Below, one piece after another: positions 46,951-56,732 of a stretch of 64,000 bases of DNA. The position numbers and the translations under genes are program-made. The notes beneath the pieces were generated by a model. The model had not been told where the DNA came from, searched no databases, and was given only the letters and a program-made list of their open reading frames with translations. Positions within the stretch are counted from its first letter, which is position 1, and the number at the start of each line of letters is the position of its first letter. This stretch comes from an uncultured Planctomycetia bacterium (lineage in GTDB: Bacteria; Omnitrophota; Gorgyraeia; Duberdicusellales; 4484-171), in NCBI GenBank assembly GCA_964483625.1, contig CAZABB010000005.1, positions 15,571 to 79,570 on the forward strand, in the 5' to 3' direction.

Positions 46951-48147
46951 GTGGCAGAATCTAAAAGGGAACAGGCCCAGAAAAACATATATACGAGGAA
47001 TAAACCGGTTGCCGGGAGAATTCCCCGCAAGGATTCCGATACGGGTTCTTCCCGGCCGGTTTCTGATTCTGCCGGTGAATATCTCCCCGTACAGCCGCCG
47101 CGGCTGAAAAAGAAAGTTTCTGTCGATCATCACGACCTTCCTGCCCTCGACAGCAATACCAGCATTACGCTTATGCCGCGCGATCCCCATTGGATCCACG
47201 CTTACTGGAATGTGTCGGAACGTTTTCTGACGGAAGCTAAACGCCGGTTAGGAGAGGATGTTTTCAACCGTTCTACCCAGACCATACGCATGTATGATGT
47301 GACCTATAAGGATTTCGAAAAAGGCGATGCCCCCAACCGGATATTTGATATCGATGTGGGCGCGTTTACAAAGAACTGGTATATCGATTTATGGTCGGAC
47401 CATGCGGCGTATTGCGCCGACCTGGGATTACGTACTCCCGAGGGAGACTTCCTGCCGTTGGCACGTTCCAATTTTGTTGCAACCCCGCGGCAAGCTTCAT
47501 CGGGCCGGCAGGATGCAATCTGGATGGAAGTAAAAGGCGACATGAATCAACGTCCTTTTGTGCAGCTTGACGAAGCGCAAAAACGGGTGCACCGTAACGT
47601 GGCGGCTCACGGGAAAAAATTCGGCAACCGTATTTTTCTTACCGAAGACGATATCCGCGCCTATTATTCCCGTCTCTTTCCGCTGCTTAAGAAGATTGTC
47701 TCGCTGCGTCTGGCGCGGGATGATCAGAAACATCGTATATCTCTCAAAGACGGGCACGTTGTCCTCGATGATCTGCTTATTCAGGGAATATCGAAGAGTG
47801 AGTTCTTAAGGAGAATCCTTCTGGGCGCTTCGGCCGAAATGATCGAAAAGGGCGGAGCTTCAGAGCAGATTTCTTCCGGGGCCAGTTACCAGGCTCATTC
47901 GGAGAGAACCTTTTTCTTTGAGATCGGGACAGAACTCATCGTCTATGGCCGAACCGAACCGGGGGCGATAGTATTGCTGGGAGGTAAGAATGTCGCGTTA
48001 CGTCCCGACGGGACGTTTACGCTTCGTTTCGGATTGCCTGATGCCGGATATATTCCTCTTGATTTTGTCGCGCAGTCGCGTGATACGAAAGAAAGACGTA
48101 CGATTACAACTTCGGTACGGCGTAACAAAACCCAATATAGTCGTTAG
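46951..48147 (+). CDS. DUF4912 domain protein
   Basis: LMPRDPHWIHAYW, RMYDVT, LARSN...P, ELIVYGRTEP, DGTF. Confidence 0.8.
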   Translation: MAESKREQAQKNIYTRNKPVAGRIPRKDSDTGSSRPVSDSAGEYLPVQPPRLKKKVSVDHHDLPALDSNTSITLMPRDPHWIHAYWNVSERFLTEAKRRLGEDVFNRSTQTIRMYDVTYKDFEKGDAPNRIFDIDVGAFTKNWYIDLWSDHAAYCADLGLRTPEGDFLPLARSNFVATPRQASSGRQDAIWMEVKGDMNQRPFVQLDEAQKRVHRNVAAHGKKFGNRIFLTEDDIRAYYSRLFPLLKKIVSLRLARDDQKHRISLKDGHVVLDDLLIQGISKSEFLRRILLGASAEMIEKGGASEQISSGASYQAHSERTFFFEIGTELIVYGRTEPGAIVLLGGKNVALRPDGTFTLRFGLPDAGYIPLDFVAQSRDTKERRTITTSVRRNKTQYSR

Positions 48148-48213
48148 TCGTTGGTGGACAGTATTTAGTAAAAAGATAGGAGAAAAAACTATCGACCACA
48201 GACTAAAGACCAG
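48138..48213. repeat. Inverted 7-mer arrays (TAGTCGT / GACTA)
   Basis: tagtcgt tagtcgt tggtgga cagt ... aactatc gaccaca gactaaa gaccag. Confidence 0.7.
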
Positions 48214-48239
48214 TGATTCAATCATCGCAGAATTAAAAA

Positions 48240-49955
48240 ATGGTTAAAGGATATCTATGCCTCTTACTCCACACCCATCTTCCTTTCGTCCGGCATCCGG
48301 AAGAAGAATACTTTCTCGAAGAAAACTGGCTTTTCGAAGCGATCACTGAGACATACATCCCTCTGATTCGCGTGTTCGATCGTCTTCTGTCTGACGGCAT
48401 TGATTTTCGTATGACGATGTCGTTCACCCCGCCTTTGGTGTCGATGCTGAAGGACCCGCTCCTGCAAAATCGGTTCTTACGCCATATCAATAAACTCATA
48501 GAACTTTCCGAAAAAGAGATCGAACGTACCGGATTCGAATCGCATTATCACGGATTGGCGCTTATGTATAATCGCCGGTTCAAAGAGACCAAAGATATTT
48601 TCCTGAATCGCTATGATCGCGATATTGTCTCGGCATTCAAAAAATTTCAGGATGCCGGGGTGATTGAAGTTATCGCTTCCTGCGCGACACACGGATTTCT
48701 GCCGAACTTGAGCGTAAATCTCGGAAGTGTCCGGGCCCAAATCCGCGTGGGAGTAGAGCATTACCGCAAGACATTCGGCCGCAAACCGCGGGGGTTCTGG
48801 CTGCCCGAATGCGGCTATTATCCCGGTGTCGATGAGACGCTCAAAAAAGAAGAGATACGTTATTTTATCGTCGATTCTCACGGGATCATCAATGCCGATC
48901 CGGTACCGCGCTATAGCGTGTACGCGCCAATTTATTGCCCGTCGGGAGTCGCCGCCTTCGGCCGGGACTGGGAATCGTCGAAACAGGTATGGAGCTCGAG
49001 GGAGGGATACCCCGGTGATCCCGATTACCGGGAATACTACCGGGATATCGGGCACCAGCTCGAATATGATTACATAAAACCGTACATCCATCCTCAAGGC
49101 TTCCGGATTAATACCGGAATGAAATACTGGCGTATTACCGGTAATACCGAGTATAAGGAAGCTTATCGGCCGGACTGGGCGAAAGAGAAAGCGGCGACTC
49201 ATGCCGGCAACTTCATGTTCAACCGTCAGAAACAGATTGAACACTTAAGTGCTCATATGGATCGTAAACCGATTATCCTGGCGCCGTACGACGCGGAGTT
49301 ATTCGGCCACTGGTGGTTTGAAGGGCCGTTGTGGATTGATTTCTTATTGAGGAAAATAGCGTACGATCAGGAAGATATACAATTGATCACTCCTTCGGAA
49401 TATCTTACCAAGTACCCTACCAATCAGATGTCATTGCCCTCATATTCGACCTGGGGATATAAAGGATACAGTGAATTCTGGCTGGAAGGGAGCAATGATT
49501 GGATATACCCTTATCTGCACCAGGCCGCGCGGGAGATGAAAGAATTAACGGAAAAGTTTTCCGTCCCTTTGACGAATGGTTCCCGGCAATCCCTTCTTCG
49601 CCGCGCCCTTAACCAGGCGGCGCGGGAATTGCTTCTGGCAGAGTCCAGCGACTGGCCGTTTATCATGAAAACCGGGACCATGATTCCCTACGCTCATAAA
49701 CGGGTTAAAACACATCTGGGTCGTTTTCAGTATATTTATGAGTCGCTTATTACCTCCGGCACGGTCGATGAAGACTGGCTGAAAGAGGTCGAGTGGCGTG
49801 ATAATATCTTTTCCCGTATCGATTGTGCGCGGTATTATCGGGATGAATCATCTGAAAAACCGCAGCCTCGGTCTCCGGCAAAAAAGAACAAAACGGCAAA
49901 GAAATCCACGGTAAAAGCAAAAAAAACCGCCGGCAAAAAAAGGAAGAAAACATGA
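48240..49955 (+). CDS. GH57 1,4-alpha-glucan branching enzyme (DUF1957)
   Basis: HTHLPFV, EAITETYIP, WLPECGY, PYDAELFGHWWFEG, SSDWPFI. Confidence 0.92.
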   Translation: MVKGYLCLLLHTHLPFVRHPEEEYFLEENWLFEAITETYIPLIRVFDRLLSDGIDFRMTMSFTPPLVSMLKDPLLQNRFLRHINKLIELSEKEIERTGFESHYHGLALMYNRRFKETKDIFLNRYDRDIVSAFKKFQDAGVIEVIASCATHGFLPNLSVNLGSVRAQIRVGVEHYRKTFGRKPRGFWLPECGYYPGVDETLKKEEIRYFIVDSHGIINADPVPRYSVYAPIYCPSGVAAFGRDWESSKQVWSSREGYPGDPDYREYYRDIGHQLEYDYIKPYIHPQGFRINTGMKYWRITGNTEYKEAYRPDWAKEKAATHAGNFMFNRQKQIEHLSAHMDRKPIILAPYDAELFGHWWFEGPLWIDFLLRKIAYDQEDIQLITPSEYLTKYPTNQMSLPSYSTWGYKGYSEFWLEGSNDWIYPYLHQAAREMKELTEKFSVPLTNGSRQSLLRRALNQAARELLLAESSDWPFIMKTGTMIPYAHKRVKTHLGRFQYIYESLITSGTVDEDWLKEVEWRDNIFSRIDCARYYRDESSEKPQPRSPAKKNKTAKKSTVKAKKTAGKKRKKT

Positions 49956-51388
49956 AAATATCCCTTCCCGCTGTCACTGAGTTCCCCGATATCTGGGGTA
50001 CCTATTCAGAGAAAGATCTTCAGTCGTCGTCGAAAAACGATTATCTTGACGTATCTAATCTCAATTTTAAGAAGGTACAGGCTTCGTTCGGAATTGCCCT
50101 GCATATGCATCAGCCGACGATTCCCGCCTCAGGCGATGCCATCCATGCCGCCGGGCTCATCTCCAATCTTCAGCATATGATGGAGCATCAGGACATCGGA
50201 GATAACCATAATGCGCCGGTGTTTGTGTGGTGTTACAGCCGGATATCCGACTTTATACGGGAGATGGTATCCCAAGGAAAGAATCCCCGGGTGATGCTTG
50301 ACTACTCGGGCAATTTGTTATGGGGCTTGCCCCAGATGGGGCAGGGTGAGGTTATCGAAAATTTACGTAAGATTACCTGTGATGAAACGTATTATCGTTA
50401 CGCCGAATGGCTGGGGACGATGTGGTCGCATGCGGTAGCGAGTTCCACGCCGGTATGTGATCTGAAATTACACATGCTCGCTTGGCGGCATCATTTCGCC
50501 TCTCTGTTCGGCATTGAGGCGTTACAAAGAGTGAAAGGTTTTTCGCCGCCGGAGATGCATCTGCCGATTCATCCCGACGTGTGTTATGAGTATGTAAAAG
50601 CGTTGAAAGAGTGCGGTTACCGGTGGCTGATGGTCCAGGAACATACGGTTGAAAATCCCGACGGGTCCGGTATCAGAAACCCTCATTTCCCGCACCGGCT
50701 GATTGCGAAAAATTCAAAAGGCGAAGTGGTCGAGATCACCGCGTTGATTAAAACGCAAGGGTCCGATACCAAACTGGTAGCGCAGATGCAGCCGTATTAC
50801 CAGGCTAAGGGATTGCATCCGCAGGAATTCTCCGGCAAAACGATCTTTCCCTTTGTCCTTCAGATCGGTGACGGTGAAAACGGCGGGGTGATGATGAACG
50901 AATTTCCCGCCGGCTTTAAACAGGCATTCGGTGAAATTTCAACCGAAGGGGTGGTCGCCGCGAACGGTTCGGAATACCTTGAATATGTAAAAGCCCAGGG
51001 GATAAAGGGAGAATCGTTTCTTCCCATTCAGCCCGTATCTCAAGCCCGGATCTGGGAGGAGATCTCCGAATATAAACCGGGTGCGGCGGATCGGGCCATC
51101 GACAGGCTGCATGAAAAAGACGCAGGCTTTGATCTCGATAAAGGCTCCTGGACCAATGATCGCAGCTGGGTATCCGGCTATGAAGACGTGCTTGATCCGA
51201 TCAATACGTTAAGCGTTTCTTTTCATAAAAAATTCAAGAAAGAACCGACGTCGGCCGATAAGGAATATAAGGAGGCATTGCTTTATCTGCTCCTGTCGCA
51301 AACCAGCTGTTTCCGTTATTGGGGGCAGGGAATATGGACCGAATATGCCAAAGAAATCTGCCGGCGGGGTGGAGAATGTTTACGATGA
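49952..51388 (+). CDS. GH57 family glycoside hydrolase
   Basis: LHMHQP, GFSPPEM, DGENGG, TSCFRYWG. Confidence 0.8.
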   Translation: MKISLPAVTEFPDIWGTYSEKDLQSSSKNDYLDVSNLNFKKVQASFGIALHMHQPTIPASGDAIHAAGLISNLQHMMEHQDIGDNHNAPVFVWCYSRISDFIREMVSQGKNPRVMLDYSGNLLWGLPQMGQGEVIENLRKITCDETYYRYAEWLGTMWSHAVASSTPVCDLKLHMLAWRHHFASLFGIEALQRVKGFSPPEMHLPIHPDVCYEYVKALKECGYRWLMVQEHTVENPDGSGIRNPHFPHRLIAKNSKGEVVEITALIKTQGSDTKLVAQMQPYYQAKGLHPQEFSGKTIFPFVLQIGDGENGGVMMNEFPAGFKQAFGEISTEGVVAANGSEYLEYVKAQGIKGESFLPIQPVSQARIWEEISEYKPGAADRAIDRLHEKDAGFDLDKGSWTNDRSWVSGYEDVLDPINTLSVSFHKKFKKEPTSADKEYKEALLYLLLSQTSCFRYWGQGIWTEYAKEICRRGGECLR

Positions 51389-51453
51389 AAGAATCTCCCG
51401 GTATGGTATGTAATAGATCTCAGGGAAATCAGAACGAGAGAGGAGGCAGATAA

Positions 51454-52191
51454 ATGAAGATAGTGATTCTGGCGGCAGGCTATGGAACCCGGCTGTATCC
51501 GCTTACACGGAATACCCCTAAACCTCTTCTTGAGGTTATGAACAAGCCGATTGTGAATTATCTCATGGAGAAAATAGAGAATTTGAAAAATTACTGTCCG
51601 ATTGAAGGGGTGATCATTGTGTCCAATAATCGTTTTTATGAAAATTTTCTCGCCTGGCGTGACCGCTATCGATTCGATGTCGAAATTATCAATGATGGTT
51701 CGAATAACCCCCAGGAACGCCGCGGCGCGATCAAAGCGATCCAGCTTGCCTTGGGCGGCCGCCGGCAGGATTGTGTGGTAATGGGAGGAGATAATATTTT
51801 CGATGACGATTTGACGAGATTCCTGGATTTTTCTTTACGCGTGAAGCCCTGCCCCTGTGTCGCTCTGTCTGATGTGAAACGGAAAGAAGAAGCAACGCGC
51901 TTTGGTGTCGTTTCATTGAACGATGCATCTCAAGTTACCGAACTCATCGAAAAACCTGAGATCCCTTTATCTACCCTGGTTGCCACTTGCCTGTACTTTT
52001 TCCCGGCTCAGTCATTGATGTATATGGATGCGTATTTGAACGACGGCAGCCCTTCCGATGTCGCCGGAAAATATATCGAATGGCTGCTGCCGAAAACAAA
52101 GGTTTTCGGCAGTGTTCTTTCGGGAGAATGGCTGGATATCGGCAGCAAAGAAGCGTTACGGCAGGCCGAGAAGACTCTGGCCCGGGTATAG
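51454..52191 (+). CDS. Sugar-1-phosphate nucleotidyltransferase
   Basis: ILAAGYGTRLYPLT..PKPLL, EKP, WLDIG. Confidence 0.9.
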   Translation: MKIVILAAGYGTRLYPLTRNTPKPLLEVMNKPIVNYLMEKIENLKNYCPIEGVIIVSNNRFYENFLAWRDRYRFDVEIINDGSNNPQERRGAIKAIQLALGGRRQDCVVMGGDNIFDDDLTRFLDFSLRVKPCPCVALSDVKRKEEATRFGVVSLNDASQVTELIEKPEIPLSTLVATCLYFFPAQSLMYMDAYLNDGSPSDVAGKYIEWLLPKTKVFGSVLSGEWLDIGSKEALRQAEKTLARV

Positions 52192-52329
52192 GCTGTTTAC
52201 CCTCCCGGAATCCCTATTGGTATATAAAGCTTGCGTCAGGACAGGCTTCGACTATAATAAATTTATGTCTTTATCTTTTCTTGCCGTGTACACGGAAATG
52301 CCCGGGATTAAAAAATAAACAATTTGGCG

Positions 52330-53892
52330 ATGGATACCCATACCTTTTTACAGGTACTTATTGACGCCCTTCCTATTCCGGTTTTCTATAAAGACCTCAG
52401 CGGGCGGTATACCGGTTGTAACCGCGCTTTTTGTGATCTCATCGGCCGGCCGCGGGAGGAATTGGTCGGTAGAACGGTTTATGATATTGCTCCGGTGGAT
52501 ATCGCCGATACGTATTTCCAGAAAGACAGAGAATTATTCGCGTCCGGCGGGATACAGGTTTATGAATGGAAAATCCGTGACCAGAAAGGGCAGGTGCGTG
52601 AGGTGATCTTTCATAAGGCGACATTCGTGAATGAAACGGGAGAACCGGCCGGATTGATCGGGGCGATCTTTGATATTACCGAAAGTAAGAAGATGGAGGA
52701 CGCTTTGCGCCGCAGTGAACAGCAGTTTAAGACCCTGGTGGCAAACGTGCCCGGCATTATCTATCGTTGTGCCAATGATCCGCACTGGACTATGCAGTAT
52801 ATCAGCGATGAGATTCAGACGATTTCCGGATATCCTGCCGACGAATTCGTGAATAACCGGGTACGCAGTTACGCCAGTGTGATTCATCCTGAGGATCAGG
52901 CGATGGTGGATCGTATCGTGCAGGAAGGGGTCAAAAAGAGACAACCGTATACGATCGAGTACCGTATTGTTCACGCGCGCGGCGCGGCGCGGTGGGTATA
53001 TGAACGGGGGCAGGGTGTTTTTGACAAGAAGGGGAAGCTGAATTTTCTTGACGGAGTCATTCTCGATATGAGCGAGTTAAAAACAGCTCAGGAGGAGTTG
53101 CGCAGGACGTATGAATTGCTGATGAAAACTCAAAACCAGCTGGTTGCGGCGGCAAAGATGGAAGTTGTCGGCAAGCTGGCCAGCGGGGTGGCTCATGAGG
53201 TGAAAAACCCGCTGGCGATTATCCTCATGGGTATCGATTACCTCCGGCATGAGCTCAAAGGTGAGAAGCATAAGAATATCCATGCCATCGGAAAGGATAT
53301 GCATGAGGCGGCGGTGCGTGCCGACCGGATCGTAAATGACCTTCTGGATTTCTCTAAAGCGTCGGAATTGACGCTTTCTTCCTGTTCGATCCATGAGGTT
53401 CTGGAAAAATCGCTGTTTCTGGTGAAGTACCAGATGGATAAAAATCGTATTGAATTTAAAAAGAATCTGTCTCCCGATCTGCCTCAGGTTGTCGTTGATG
53501 AAAATAAAATCATTCAGGTTTTCGTGAATCTCTTTTTGAACGGCATTCAGGCTGTGGGGCCAAAGGGAAGCCTGGAGTTAATGGCCTATGAGAAAAAGTT
53601 CGCCGAAGCTTCCGAAGGCATCGGCCGCCGCCGGAGCGACCATTTTTATCTGGGAGAGCCGGTTGTCGTGGTTGAGATATCCGATACCGGGCCCGGGATT
53701 CCTCCCGATATCCTTGAGAATATTTTTGATCCTTTTGTCACGACCAAACGTTTCCAGGGAGGGACGGGTCTGGGGCTTTCTGTGGTCCATAACATTGTGG
53801 ATATGCATAAAGGGGTAATTAAGATTGAAAACAAAAAAGGCGGCGGCGTTCGGGCTACGGTGATGCTTAAAATGAGACCTCAAGGAACCTGA
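52330..53892 (+). CDS. Cytoplasmic PAS-PAS histidine kinase (NtrB-like)
   Basis: Two PAS/PAC domains; AHEVKNPL, DTGPGI, GTGLGL. Confidence 0.9.
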   Translation: MDTHTFLQVLIDALPIPVFYKDLSGRYTGCNRAFCDLIGRPREELVGRTVYDIAPVDIADTYFQKDRELFASGGIQVYEWKIRDQKGQVREVIFHKATFVNETGEPAGLIGAIFDITESKKMEDALRRSEQQFKTLVANVPGIIYRCANDPHWTMQYISDEIQTISGYPADEFVNNRVRSYASVIHPEDQAMVDRIVQEGVKKRQPYTIEYRIVHARGAARWVYERGQGVFDKKGKLNFLDGVILDMSELKTAQEELRRTYELLMKTQNQLVAAAKMEVVGKLASGVAHEVKNPLAIILMGIDYLRHELKGEKHKNIHAIGKDMHEAAVRADRIVNDLLDFSKASELTLSSCSIHEVLEKSLFLVKYQMDKNRIEFKKNLSPDLPQVVVDENKIIQVFVNLFLNGIQAVGPKGSLELMAYEKKFAEASEGIGRRRSDHFYLGEPVVVVEISDTGPGIPPDILENIFDPFVTTKRFQGGTGLGLSVVHNIVDMHKGVIKIENKKGGGVRATVMLKMRPQGT

Positions 53893-53897
53893 CGGCA

Positions 53898-54269
53898 ATG
53901 AAAAGAATACTGATTGTTGACGATGAAGAAAAGTTTACTCAGCTGGTAAAGTTCAATCTTGAACGCGGCGGCGACTATCGGGTTTTTATCGAACATAAAG
54001 GCGCTCATGCTATCTCTACCGCAAAACAGCTTTCTCCCGACCTGATTTTCCTCGATATTATCATGCCTGACGCCAACGGGGTCGAGGTAATGCGTCACAT
54101 GAAAGAAGATCCGTTTTTTGCCGGGATCCCGATCGTCTTTCTTTCGGCTTTCTCCGGTGTGCTGGAGGGAAGAGATCCGGAGTATTCGATAGGTGATATT
54201 CCCTACCTGATCAAGCCGGTTACCAAAGAGCAGCTTCTGGCCTGTCTGGATCGAGAACTTGCCCGTTAG
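53898..54269 (+). CDS. Single-domain response regulator
   Basis: ILIVDDE, LDIIMP, YLIKP. Confidence 0.9.
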   Translation: MKRILIVDDEEKFTQLVKFNLERGGDYRVFIEHKGAHAISTAKQLSPDLIFLDIIMPDANGVEVMRHMKEDPFFAGIPIVFLSAFSGVLEGRDPEYSIGDIPYLIKPVTKEQLLACLDRELAR

Positions 54270-54354
54270 ACTCCTTCCGATAAAATGTGTCTACGCACGG
54301 TAAGCTTTCTGTTATAATACCTTATTAATTCCGCGAAATGCCGGGGATAAGAAC

Positions 54355-55317
54355 GTGATGAATAGTAAAAAACAGATAAACACGGCCCTGTCGGCAATTA
54401 CCGCGGCCAGGACGATTGCCGTTTCCGGCCATATCAATCCCGATGGCGATTGTATCGGGTCATTACTTGCGTTGGGGCTGGGGCTGGAGAGCCTGGGAAA
54501 ACAGGTGCGTTTTTTAAGCGCCGACGGGGTGCCGAGGAAATTAAGAATTCTTCCCGGCGCCCGGCGGGTGAGAAAGACCTCGTCACGCCGTTTTGATCTG
54601 GCGATATCGGTAGATTGTAACAAAAAAGAGATGCTGGGTAAACGCGTCCAGCGCGTCTTCGGCCGGGCGAACCGGATTCTGGAGGTCGATCATCACCCCT
54701 TACGGGAAGTCTTCGGTGATATTCAGCTCATTTGTCCCCGCGCCGCAGCGGTGGGGGAAATCGTCTTCGCTATATTATCCCGGCTGAACGTAACCGTAAC
54801 GGCGGATATCGCCCGGAATATCCTTACCTCGATCATTATCGAAACCAATTCTTTCCGTCTGCCTACGGTAACCGCCGATACCTTTTCTCTCTGCGGGCGG
54901 CTTCTTGCTACGGGCGTTGATTTCCGTAACCTTACCGAGCTCGTCTATTGGTCGAGGACGAAAGAAGAGGTGCTGCTTTCAGGTTTATGTCTTTCCCGTT
55001 GCCGGTTTTTATCGAAGGGGAAAATCGTCTGGTCGATCGTCCGGAAAGCCGATTTCAGCAGGACACGGGCGCACGATGAAGATATTGACGCGGTCGCCAA
55101 TGAGATGCTGGCGATTTCCGGGGTTGAGGTAGCGGTCCTTTTCCGCCAGAGGCGGTCTGATGTCCTGCGGGTGAGCCTGCGTTCGAAAGGAAAAGTAAAC
55201 GTGGCCGGTATCGCTGAACGATACGGCGGCGGCGGTCATTTTGATTCCGCCGGATGTTTTCTAAAAAATACTCAGGGTCAGATCAGCTCTTTGTTGCGTA
55301 TGGCCGAAAAAGCGTAG
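54355..55317 (+). CDS. nrnA: DHH family oligoribonuclease/pAp phosphatase
   Basis: HINPDGDCIGS, VDHH, SLRS, GGGGH. Confidence 0.85.
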   Translation: MMNSKKQINTALSAITAARTIAVSGHINPDGDCIGSLLALGLGLESLGKQVRFLSADGVPRKLRILPGARRVRKTSSRRFDLAISVDCNKKEMLGKRVQRVFGRANRILEVDHHPLREVFGDIQLICPRAAAVGEIVFAILSRLNVTVTADIARNILTSIIIETNSFRLPTVTADTFSLCGRLLATGVDFRNLTELVYWSRTKEEVLLSGLCLSRCRFLSKGKIVWSIVRKADFSRTRAHDEDIDAVANEMLAISGVEVAVLFRQRRSDVLRVSLRSKGKVNVAGIAERYGGGGHFDSAGCFLKNTQGQISSLLRMAEKA

Positions 55318-55359
55318 CGTAAAAGATAAGAATATTTCTTATAACCAGGAGGTTGTCTC

Positions 55360-56727
55360 ATGGAGCAAAAAAAGATTTTTTTACATGAAAAAGACATACC
55401 GCGGCAATGGTACAATTTAGTTGCCGATCTAAAAACCCCGCCGCCGCCGCCTTTGGGTCCTGAGGGCAAACCGATCAGTCCCGATATGCTGACGAAAATT
55501 TTCCCCGGAAATCTCATTGAGCAGGAAGTAAGCTCCCAGCGCTGGATTGATATTCCGGAGGAAATACTGGAGATATTGTACCGGTGGCGTCCGACCCCCC
55601 TGCGCCGGGCGGTTTACCTGGAGCAGTATTTAAAAACTCCCGCCCGGATATATTATAAAGATGAAAGTGTGAGCCCCCCGGGAAGCCATAAGCCCAATAC
55701 CGCGGTCGCGCAGGCCTGGTATAACAAACAGTTCGGGATTAAGAAGCTGTCGACCGAGACCGGGGCGGGGCAGTGGGGCAGCGCTTTGGCGTTTTCCTGT
55801 AACCTGATAGGGATAGGATGTAAAGTATATATGGTTCGTATCAGTTTCGACCAGAAGCCTCTGCGCAAAATCATGATGCGTATCTGGGGAGCCGATTGTA
55901 TTCCTTCACCCAGTGATCAGACCGAATTCGGCAGAAAAGTATTGGAGAAGATGCCCGATACCCCGGGCAGTCTCGGGATCGCCATCAGTGAAGCAATCGA
56001 GGAGGCGGTAAAGGATACATCGGGACAAACCCGGTATTCGCTGGGAAGTGTGCTTAACCACGTAATGCTGCATCAGACGATCATCGGACAGGAAGTGAAA
56101 AAGCAGCTTGAGATGATAAACGAGAAACAGCCCGATATCGTCATCGGCTGTGCCGGCGGCGGGAGTAATTTCGCCGGGTTGTCATTTCCTTTTGTGTGCG
56201 ATAAGATTCACGGATCCGAGATCACCGTTATTCCTACCGAACCGACAGCCTGTCCGACCCTCACCCGCGGTCCGTTTCATTACGATTTCGGCGATGCCGC
56301 GGGGCAGACACCCCTTCTTGCGATGTATACGCTGGGCCATGAATTTGTTCCGCCGCCGATCCACGCCGGGGGACTTCGCTATCACGGGATGGCACCGTTG
56401 GTGAGCCACGCGGTCAAGGAAGGGCTGCTTTCTCCCCGTTCCTACGACCAGATCCAGTGTTATGAGTCGGCGCTTTTGTGGGCCCGTACCGAAGGGATGA
56501 TCTGCGCGCCGGAGACCAGTCATGCTATTGCCTGCGCCATTGAGGAGGCAGAAAAAGCCAGAGAAGAAGGCAGAGAGAAAGTGATTCTCCTTAATTACAG
56601 CGGCCACGGATTGATGGATCTGGCCGGGTATGAGAAGTTTCTCACCGGTAAGCTCGACGAGTATTCGTTGCCGGAAGAGGAGCTCCAGAAATCGCTGGAA
56701 TCATTAAAAGGGTTACCGAACACGTAA
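55360..56727 (+). CDS. trpB2: Tryptophan synthase beta chain 2 (TrpB-like PLP enzyme)
   Basis: [37 protein letters not shown]. Confidence 0.9.
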   Translation: MEQKKIFLHEKDIPRQWYNLVADLKTPPPPPLGPEGKPISPDMLTKIFPGNLIEQEVSSQRWIDIPEEILEILYRWRPTPLRRAVYLEQYLKTPARIYYKDESVSPPGSHKPNTAVAQAWYNKQFGIKKLSTETGAGQWGSALAFSCNLIGIGCKVYMVRISFDQKPLRKIMMRIWGADCIPSPSDQTEFGRKVLEKMPDTPGSLGIAISEAIEEAVKDTSGQTRYSLGSVLNHVMLHQTIIGQEVKKQLEMINEKQPDIVIGCAGGGSNFAGLSFPFVCDKIHGSEITVIPTEPTACPTLTRGPFHYDFGDAAGQTPLLAMYTLGHEFVPPPIHAGGLRYHGMAPLVSHAVKEGLLSPRSYDQIQCYESALLWARTEGMICAPETSHAIACAIEEAEKAREEGREKVILLNYSGHGLMDLAGYEKFLTGKLDEYSLPEEELQKSLESLKGLPNT

Positions 56728-56732
56728 GTTGT

